DNA of 25,183 nucleotides. Origin: a virus. Lineage: Duplodnaviria; Caudoviricetes. Positions 16,902-22,573 of the stretch are shown piece by piece. The translations under genes and the position numbers were made by a program. The stretch covers positions 1 to 25,183 of the IMG/VR virus record IMGVR_UViG_3300037484_000048; one strand, given 5' to 3'. A model generated the notes under the pieces. The model had not been told where the DNA came from. It saw only the letters and a list, made by a program, of their open reading frames with translations, and searched no databases. How positions within the stretch are numbered: the first letter of the stretch is position 1; each line of letters opens with the position of its first letter.

Positions 16902-17215
16902 GGTCTTCCACCGATCACTAGGGATAGGTCATCGCCTATTCGAATACGTACAACGTCTTTACGGTCCGGCGAGTTGACCACGGTACGGGCCACACGTGCG
17001 GCCTTCTCTATCGTGATGTTCGCCTTGCCCAGCCGCACCATGATCATGACCACGCGAGTCTCTGACTCCGGCCAGTTCCTTTCACGTGGGTTGGACGTGT
17101 CAGGATGCACGTACCCCATGCGTACCCAATAATCAATCTGCCTGTGAGTGCAGCCGCTCATGCGCATCACGTCATTCGTGGTCACTGACGCTGCGTTGAA
17201 CTGTGACCTTCTCAT
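16898..17215 (-). CDS. MerR-like helix-turn-helix DNA-binding protein (105 aa)
   Basis: VTTNDVMRMSGCTHRQIDYWVRMGYVHP...RNWPESE matches the MerR HTH pattern. Start placed at the ATGA overlap. Confidence 0.82.
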   Translation of the reverse strand: MRRSQFNAASVTTNDVMRMSGCTHRQIDYWVRMGYVHPDTSNPRERNWPESETRVVMIMVRLGKANITIEKAARVARTVVNSPDRKDVVRIRIGDDLSLVIGGRP

Positions 17216-17451
17216 ACTGCGGTACCGCCATCCGGCCAATGCATCGGCCCGTATATCACGCGGGTCACTGCGAAGTGATACCCAGTTTGATCGTCAGGGT
17301 TAACGGTAGGCACTTCGCCCTTCTTGTGCGCTATCCATACCGTGTTGCAACCCTCTCGGCATGAATCGCACAGCAGATCTTCAGCCGTCATGTCAGCGAT
17401 ACATCGGGTGCCAAGCTTCTTGCACTGGCATCGGGTCTCGTGCTGCCTCAT
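17212..17451 (-). CDS. Small Cys-rich hypothetical protein (79 aa)
   Basis: CQC...C...CDSC...C; ATGA overlap. Confidence 0.7.
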   Translation of the reverse strand: MRQHETRCQCKKLGTRCIADMTAEDLLCDSCREGCNTVWIAHKKGEVPTVNPDDQTGYHFAVTRVIYGPMHWPDGGTAV

Positions 17452-18167
17452 GGCGTCTCAGTCTCCCCCGTGATGACTCGGAGTTCCCTTACCACAGCGG
17501 CAGGAACGGCCAGCCTCTGAGTCTCTGTGAGGTCCAACGAATCAAGTACGCGTTCAATGACGAGCGCGAACGTGTCGGCTGTTTGCTCGAATACGTTCAC
17601 CATCCGCTCACTGACTCCGGCCGCTATGGCATCCCGGCATAGCTCCCGATAGTGGCGACGCTCCCATTGGTAGATGGATAGCCAGACGCTCGGGGCTGCC
17701 TTGTACTTACCTGAGCGCGAAAGGATGACCGTCTGGCCGTCGCTGTCCCGGATCTCAGGTTCGATGATCTCTTCAGCCATCCCCCACACGAGATCTTCCG
17801 CGTCCATGCCCCCGATGATGTGCCTGAGCCATGCAACCACCCCTGCCTGGTTCTGTACCTCTTCCAGAAGGGCTCTACCCGGATCTATGTCTCTCGGCAG
17901 CCCGTACGTTCGTGCGGCCTTCTGAGCCTTGCTCATGGTCGCTGACTTGATAGCGTTCGGGGTATTGCCGCCATGAAGTCGGCAGGGTCCTTCCCCCACA
18001 TGAGCGGTACCCCAACCAAGTACCTGGTGGCATGCTCGCCGGACACCTTCCGGTGTGAACGCGCTCTCTTGACGCGGTGAACGTCGCCGGTGACAGTGAC
18101 CTTGATCGGTGCACCCTTCCAGGTCAACCGAACCATCATCGGGTGCACGCACGGGTGGTGTGGTCAT
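17448..18167 (-). CDS. HGGxSTG-domain protein, putative terminase small subunit (239 aa)
   Basis: C....GWGT.H.G.GPCRLHGGNTP followed by YGLP.DIDP..ALLEEV and a C-terminal coiled region. Start MTTPPV at the ATGA overlap. The TerS role is inferred. Confidence 0.68.
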   Translation of the reverse strand: MTTPPVRAPDDGSVDLEGCTDQGHCHRRRSPRQESAFTPEGVRRACHQVLGWGTAHVGEGPCRLHGGNTPNAIKSATMSKAQKAARTYGLPRDIDPGRALLEEVQNQAGVVAWLRHIIGGMDAEDLVWGMAEEIIEPEIRDSDGQTVILSRSGKYKAAPSVWLSIYQWERRHYRELCRDAIAAGVSERMVNVFEQTADTFALVIERVLDSLDLTETQRLAVPAAVVRELRVITGETETP

Positions 18168-18952
18168 CGGCTTTCTCGCCGTACCTCTCGGTGCAACACC
18201 TTGCGATATCCGCAACCCTGATCGCTGCCAGGGAAGCCGGTGCACTCGACTCCAACGGTATCGGGCTCTTGTCCTTCTCGCATGGGTGCCATAGCCATAC
18301 GGCTGCCGCAGTCGGGGCACTCTTTCGAATGCGTCTCGAATGCCATCTCTTGTGAGCCGTCTAGCCGCTCAGTCGAGTACTGATTCTCGTACGGCTCAGG
18401 AATGAGTGCCCCGTAAAAGTCATTGGGAGTTTCCACGCGATGACACACGTAATCGCATGCCTCGCAGTACAGATCGTAGGTGTCTCGTGTGAGCATGGTC
18501 ACCGTACGGGCACTGAGCCGCGTACCGCATTCGGGGCAGTTGAGGGCGGCTACCGACACACCTTCAGTGACTTGCCCATTGTGCTCGTCTACCGGCATCG
18601 GGTCTACGGCACTGTAGATAGGTGCCGCTTTAGTGATCCCGAGCCCGTATCCGGTCTCCCTAAGGGCCTGCCGTTCGATCGGTCCCGGTAGCGTGCTCAC
18701 GTTGGATGTCGGGTACCGATGCCCCATCTCCGGCAGCGTGGGACGGCTCTGAGCGGCTTCCAACGCCCTTGCATAGCGCATGCTCAACTCTTCCGCCTCT
18801 TCTGCCCTGGCAATAGCACCGTGGTACAGCAAGATCAGTTCTCGTACGCCGCGCTCTCCGGCTCGATCGACCAACGGAACCGTAAGCGCGTTGACCTCAT
18901 CTAGACACTTATCGTGCCTCTGAATCGTGAGCTTGAATGACCACAGCTTCAT
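18164..18952 (-). CDS. Hypothetical protein with two zinc-ribbon motifs (262 aa)
   Basis: GAAAGGGAG RBS before MKLWSFKL. Contains CPECG...CEACD and CPDCG...ECTG...GC. Confidence 0.75.
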   Translation of the reverse strand: MKLWSFKLTIQRHDKCLDEVNALTVPLVDRAGERGVRELILLYHGAIARAEEAEELSMRYARALEAAQSRPTLPEMGHRYPTSNVSTLPGPIERQALRETGYGLGITKAAPIYSAVDPMPVDEHNGQVTEGVSVAALNCPECGTRLSARTVTMLTRDTYDLYCEACDYVCHRVETPNDFYGALIPEPYENQYSTERLDGSQEMAFETHSKECPDCGSRMAMAPMREGQEPDTVGVECTGFPGSDQGCGYRKVLHREVRRESR

Positions 18953-19051
18953 CGTTCTCCCTTTCCGTTTGGGGGTCCGGCACATGCTGACAGTCGCACC
19001 ATGTACCGCCTGGACATTTATCGTGCGCTTTGATCGTACAGTTACGGCAGA

Positions 19052-19363
19052 TCATTCTGTGTTGCCGTTAGCTTTATCCCACACTCTTTGTATGTGGTCA
19101 GCCGCATTAGTCATCCACTTTGAGTCGTCGTAAAACGTCCAGTCAAGCATACTCGATATGCGGACTAGCCTTTGCTCTGTGCTTGCCCCGCTTATCCAGC
19201 TAAATAGCTCCACTAGATACACGCCGGTAACGGGCTCGGCAACTACTACGCCTTGCCACGTGTTCGTGGAATTACCCAGGAAGTAGCTACCCACAAGACT
19301 CTTGGGATCGCTAGCGATCTCTTCAGAATCACTTATCTCGAATAGATCCGTACGTGCTTTCAT
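19052..19363 (-). CDS. Hypothetical protein (103 aa)
   Basis: Start MKARTDLF at the ATGA overlap. Beta-rich core; lower GC than the structural genes. Confidence 0.72.
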   Translation of the reverse strand: MKARTDLFEISDSEEIASDPKSLVGSYFLGNSTNTWQGVVVAEPVTGVYLVELFSWISGASTEQRLVRISSMLDWTFYDDSKWMTNAADHIQRVWDKANGNTE

Positions 19364-19608
19364 GAGAAGGGCCATTCCCATACGGTCCACCAGCCGAACA
19401 CCAGGTGCCCGGTTAGCCAGACCAGGAAGACCAGGAGAACGGCCCGTAGGGACCACATCAGGATCGTAGGGCGTTCGTCCATGACGCGGAACCAGCGCCA
19501 TACGTTTTCCGAGAACGTGTCACCCCGCCGGTTCGTGATGAGGCCGTAGATCTCCAGCGACAGAAACATCACGAGCCAGGCCAGCCAGATACCCGTCATG
19601 ATGTTCAT
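19360..19608 (-). CDS. Membrane protein with two transmembrane helices (82 aa)
   Basis: IWLAWLVMFLSLEIYGLI and ILMWSLRAVLLVFLVWLTGHLVFG flank GDTFSENVWRWF. TAATG coupling. Confidence 0.82.
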   Translation of the reverse strand: MNIMTGIWLAWLVMFLSLEIYGLITNRRGDTFSENVWRWFRVMDERPTILMWSLRAVLLVFLVWLTGHLVFGWWTVWEWPFS

Positions 19609-19859
19609 TAGATATCGCCGTACACCTTTCCATCACGAATGTAGTCCGCGTATAGGACTGCCTGAGTCATGATGTCGTGGTACGACCAGGGGTCCTCTCC
19701 GCTCATGCTCTCTTGGTGGGCAGTCGCCACAGCGGCAGACAGAGCCTGAGCCCTGATCGTCTGCTCTTGCCGACCAGCTTTGAAGTCGGAAGTGCCGTTG
19801 CTCTGTGGGGCTTGTGGCTGGACAGATACCAACGGCTCGTACGCGTGCTCGTGCATCAT
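19608..19859 (-). CDS. Hypothetical protein (83 aa)
   Basis: GAAGGG RBS; R.QAL..AV...A..YADYI..G pattern. First gene divergent from the XRE regulator. Confidence 0.72.
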   Translation of the reverse strand: MMHEHAYEPLVSVQPQAPQSNGTSDFKAGRQEQTIRAQALSAAVATAHQESMSGEDPWSYHDIMTQAVLYADYIRDGKVYGDI

Positions 19860-19876
19860 GATCCCTTCATGGATCT

Positions 19877-19912
19877 TTGACTTGTGGTCATTCTAGGCCC
19901 ATACTTTGACAC
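19877..19912 (+). promoter_or_regulatory. Housekeeping-sigma-like promoter for a leaderless XRE transcript, overlapped by an operator-like site
   Basis: TTGACT (19877-19882), 17 bp, CATACT (19900-19905), then 7 nt to ATG 19913 with no RBS. TTGAC-TTGTG-GTCAT overlaps the -35. An opposite-strand TAGAAT lies at 19890-19895. Confidence 0.72.
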
Positions 19913-20173
19913 ATGGACAGGTTGACGCTGGAACAGTTCGGGGCTCAGGTAAGGATCTCTGAGTCGTACGCTTGCTATGTCAAGAATGGACGCCGGTTGC
20001 CGTCCGGTGATTTGCTCGTGCGCATCATCCTTGCATTCGAGCTGGAACCTGTCCCCGCAATGAAGGCTTACCAGGATGGCCGAGAGGCATTCGGGAAGTT
20101 CATTCGGGAAACCGTGTTCGTATCCGAGCCCGAACCGGTGCCCGGTGAACAAGTCACCGTTCCCGCTGCCTGA
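19913..20173 (+). CDS. XRE/Cro-C1 family helix-turn-helix regulator (86 aa)
   Basis: LTLEQFGAQVRISESYACYVKNGRRLPSGDLLVRII matches the XRE pattern. Only credible plus-strand gene, with its own promoter and terminator. Confidence 0.88.
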   Translation: MDRLTLEQFGAQVRISESYACYVKNGRRLPSGDLLVRIILAFELEPVPAMKAYQDGREAFGKFIRETVFVSEPEPVPGEQVTVPAA

Positions 20174-20180
20174 ACAGGCC

Positions 20181-20218
20181 AACAGCCCACACAGCTCCCC
20201 CGTGCTGTGTGGGCTGTT
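20181..20218. terminator. Terminator hairpin between convergent genes
   Basis: Perfect 15 bp stem AACAGCCCACACAGC / GCTGTGTGGGCTGTT with an 8 nt loop. Confidence 0.85.
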
Positions 20219-20235
20219 CTGTGCCCGGACTGTTA

Positions 20236-20505
20236 TCACTGCCGGTTGTCCAGGTCGTAATCGGTCATACGTCCATCGTGCTCGGTAATGCGCTTCTCTC
20301 GGTCCGCGTCCATTGTGGCCTTCAGGTCCCGTAGTACGAACCTGGATACCTTGCCGACATCCACGCCGATAGGGAAGCCCGTACGATCTAGCCGATAGTT
20401 GTTGGTCTCTACCAGCTTGCCGACTGCTTCCAGTGCGGCAGCGTCGCTCTCAGCCCCGTACACGCGGAACGTGACGGTTACCTCTCGCACGAGTCCATCG
20501 GTCAT
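20236..20505 (-). CDS. Hypothetical protein (89 aa)
   Basis: Start MTDGLVREV at the ATGA overlap. Confidence 0.7.
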   Translation of the reverse strand: MTDGLVREVTVTFRVYGAESDAAALEAVGKLVETNNYRLDRTGFPIGVDVGKVSRFVLRDLKATMDADREKRITEHDGRMTDYDLDNRQ

Positions 20506-20792
20506 CGCTTTGCCATCGCTCGGTAGAGGGGAGTTGTCTTGATCCAATCACGGGGGTTCATTTCCATGAGCCGGAGCACATCCCCGAGCGTTGACGAGTC
20601 ATCCCCCAACAGGATGTCTTCATTCGCGCTGGATTCGCACACCCCGATCAGCCCAACCGCCTTGTCACTGAGCCACCTGAGAGCGAGTGACTTGTGATCG
20701 GGAGTCATGCCCTCAATGGACACGAGCCCTTCCCGTGGCGAGTACCACATCTCGCCTTGTGCCAGATAAGCACGCACGTCAAGTTTGATCAT
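20502..20792 (-). CDS. Hypothetical protein (96 aa)
   Basis: ATGA overlap. L.Q...W...G....I..M...H...ALRWL...W...TPLYRA pattern of a kind seen in small actinophage proteins. Confidence 0.75.
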   Translation of the reverse strand: MIKLDVRAYLAQGEMWYSPREGLVSIEGMTPDHKSLALRWLSDKAVGLIGVCESSANEDILLGDDSSTLGDVLRLMEMNPRDWIKTTPLYRAMAKR

Positions 20793-21178
20793 CCGAGCCA
20801 GCCCCTACCGTCGTTGTCATCGCGCGGGGGGTTGTCGAGTAGCCGCCGGAGACGCTCAGCCAGCCCCTTACCCTTGCTCCGATACGAGCACGTACCGGCG
20901 CTATCAATCGCGTCTGCCATGGCTTGTACTGTCATCTGAGCCCCGTCCGGGGGCATGATGACGTCCACCACACATAGCCGGTGATCGGGAATGGCGTCAT
21001 CCTCTTCCATCGGATCATCATCAGGTAGAACCATGTGACCGAGAAACCGCAGTTCCAACATGTAGCGATCCGTACCGGGAATGCACAGATGCCGGGATAC
21101 CACACCGTGAAAGCACATCTGTACGAGCGGGGCGTAATCCGGGTCCATCATGAGTTCAATTTGCTCGGGTGATAGCAC
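20789..21178 (-). CDS. Hypothetical protein (about 129 aa; alternative start at 21232)
   Basis: AAAGGG lies 6 nt before GTG 21178 (MLSPEQIEL). Confidence 0.65.
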   Translation of the reverse strand: MLSPEQIELMMDPDYAPLVQMCFHGVVSRHLCIPGTDRYMLELRFLGHMVLPDDDPMEEDDAIPDHRLCVVDVIMPPDGAQMTVQAMADAIDSAGTCSYRSKGKGLAERLRRLLDNPPRDDNDGRGWLG

Positions 21179-21245
21179 GCTGTTCCCTTTCACGTTGACC
21201 AGGCCCCATGCCCTAGTGCCACCATAGAACACGGGGCCTGGAAGT

Positions 21246-21344
21246 CTAGTTCTTATGGGTCGTGTTGCCGGATGGTGAACGCCGGTCGATCGGGGCTGGC
21301 GTGCTCGGTCGGGGGCGTACCTGAATCTGTACCTGCTTTGCCAT
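21246..21344 (-). CDS. Possible 32 aa peptide
   Basis: ATG 2 nt after the upstream stop (MAKQVQIQVRPRPSTPAPIDRRSPSGNTTHKN). No other support. Confidence 0.3.
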   Translation of the reverse strand: MAKQVQIQVRPRPSTPAPIDRRSPSGNTTHKN

Positions 21345-21346
21345 GA

Positions 21347-21820
21347 TCAGTACCCGATCGTATTGGCGAACTGCGAGGTTTCCGAGCGGGGTGCCTTGTG
21401 CACCGGCCACTTCATCATGATTTCACGTGCCCCGTTAACCGTGACGTTTTCCCATTCGGAGACGTCAGTCTTGACGTACCCGTTACGGGTGTCCCACGAT
21501 GCCGTCTTGGCGACCCATGTCAGATGGAACTGTACGGCCGGAACCATCTCGCCGGTGGGAGTCCATCCCCGTTCACGTCCGATAAGGATCCGGATATACG
21601 GAACTCCGTTTCCATTCTTCCGAACCAGCTCGCCAATCGGGGGCATGCCGTCATCGCATCCCCAACCCCGATCAGCCGCGTAGGCCATGAGTTCCTTGGC
21701 GACACGGGGGTACTTCAGCCAGCGTTCGCTAGACCAGATCTCGACTTCCCCGCCGGTCGTCCGCGTGCTGCCGGTCGTGATCACACTGGCGCTCGCCATC
21801 ATTGGATTGATGTCGGCCAT
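21347..21820 (-). CDS. Hypothetical protein (157 aa)
   Basis: GGAAAGGA RBS before MADINPMM; has its own promoter. Confidence 0.78.
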   Translation of the reverse strand: MADINPMMASASVITTGSTRTTGGEVEIWSSERWLKYPRVAKELMAYAADRGWGCDDGMPPIGELVRKNGNGVPYIRILIGRERGWTPTGEMVPAVQFHLTWVAKTASWDTRNGYVKTDVSEWENVTVNGAREIMMKWPVHKAPRSETSQFANTIGY

Positions 21821-21857
21821 CTCTTGATCCTTTCCTTGGGATCTGTGTTCGATACCC

Positions 21858-21886
21858 AGTCTGTACCCTGTTTGACCAGGGGTCAA
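21858..21886 (-). promoter_or_regulatory. Promoter TTGACC-N17-CAGACT whose -35 is one arm of the palindrome TTGACCAGGGGTCAA (21872-21886)
   Basis: Read directly from the sequence. The -35 overlaps the RusA stop codon. Confidence 0.68.
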
Positions 21887-22392
21887 GCCAAGTGAGCGAC
21901 TACCCGAAAGATTTCGACTACGCATCCAGGTACGTCCATGGCCGGTGTTCCGTCCGCGTGCCAGCCGCCCTCATACGCCTTGCTCGTGATGGATGAAACG
22001 ATCAGTGCGTCATCTCGCCAGAGTCCGGCACCGGTGATCGCGTCCTGAGTCGGCTTCACCAGATTGTCAAGATCAGGTTTCACGGTCGGGTACGGCCGGA
22101 CCCGTGGCGAGACCGAGACCGGTCGCTTGATCGTGTACCTGAGCCGGATCACGAGCGGACCCGTCAACGCAGGGCTCACGAGCGGCACCCCGTTCGGTCG
22201 CGCGGCTGCCGTCACGGAAGCTCTCCACAGCGGCACACGACGGTTTTTATCAGTGATCGCTACCTTGCCGGTGAAGATCTGAGTACCCGCCTTCTTGGAC
22301 CCCCGGTAGATGGGGAACGCTGCCTTGCCGCCCGGTGCTTCCGGGTCATCGAAAACAGTGAATCCCACCATCTTGATCATGCTGGCTCTCAT
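21883..22392 (-). CDS. rusA: RusA-like Holliday junction resolvase (169 aa)
   Basis: GSKK...WR..V, P.VKPDLDNLVK...DAITGAGLWRDDALIV and K.Y motifs. Start MRASMIK with AGAAAGGA RBS. Confidence 0.92.
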   Translation of the reverse strand: MRASMIKMVGFTVFDDPEAPGGKAAFPIYRGSKKAGTQIFTGKVAITDKNRRVPLWRASVTAAARPNGVPLVSPALTGPLVIRLRYTIKRPVSVSPRVRPYPTVKPDLDNLVKPTQDAITGAGLWRDDALIVSSITSKAYEGGWHADGTPAMDVPGCVVEIFRVVAHLA

Positions 22393-22429
22393 GTCTTGAT
22401 CCTTTCTCTTTGGGAGTACCAAGATCACA

Positions 22430-22571
22430 GAAACGGTAGACCTCTCGACCGTTTCCAGGAGACCGTTTCCAATCGTGTCCCAACCCTTCGGGTATGGGAA
22501 ACGCTGGAAACGGTCTCGTCTAGTGTTTCCGGAAACGGTCCGGAAACGGTCTGGAAACGCTGGAAACGGTC
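22430..22571. repeat. Iteron-like GGAAACG(GTC) array with a central inverted repeat; putative replication origin
   Basis: About 10 exact or near copies in both orientations in the 181 nt gap after the primase-helicase. Perfect 13 bp inverted repeat at 22459-22471 / 22505-22517. Confidence 0.8.
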
Positions 22572-22573
22572 GG

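Noticed and set aside
19856-20239. 127 aa minus-strand ORF opposite the XRE gene
   Set aside because: It has neat 4 nt overlaps at both ends but crosses a strong terminator and a promoter and has no motif, whereas the plus-strand ORF is a clear HTH.
20789-21820. Stop-codon readthrough joining 21347-21820 to the in-frame downstream ORF
   Set aside because: The frame is open after the TGA, but the intervening peptide looks non-coding and the downstream gene has its own plausible RBS and start.
22430-22571. Repeat array as a CRISPR or mini-CRISPR
   Set aside because: Units are 7-11 bp, in mixed orientation, with no unique spacers of regular length.
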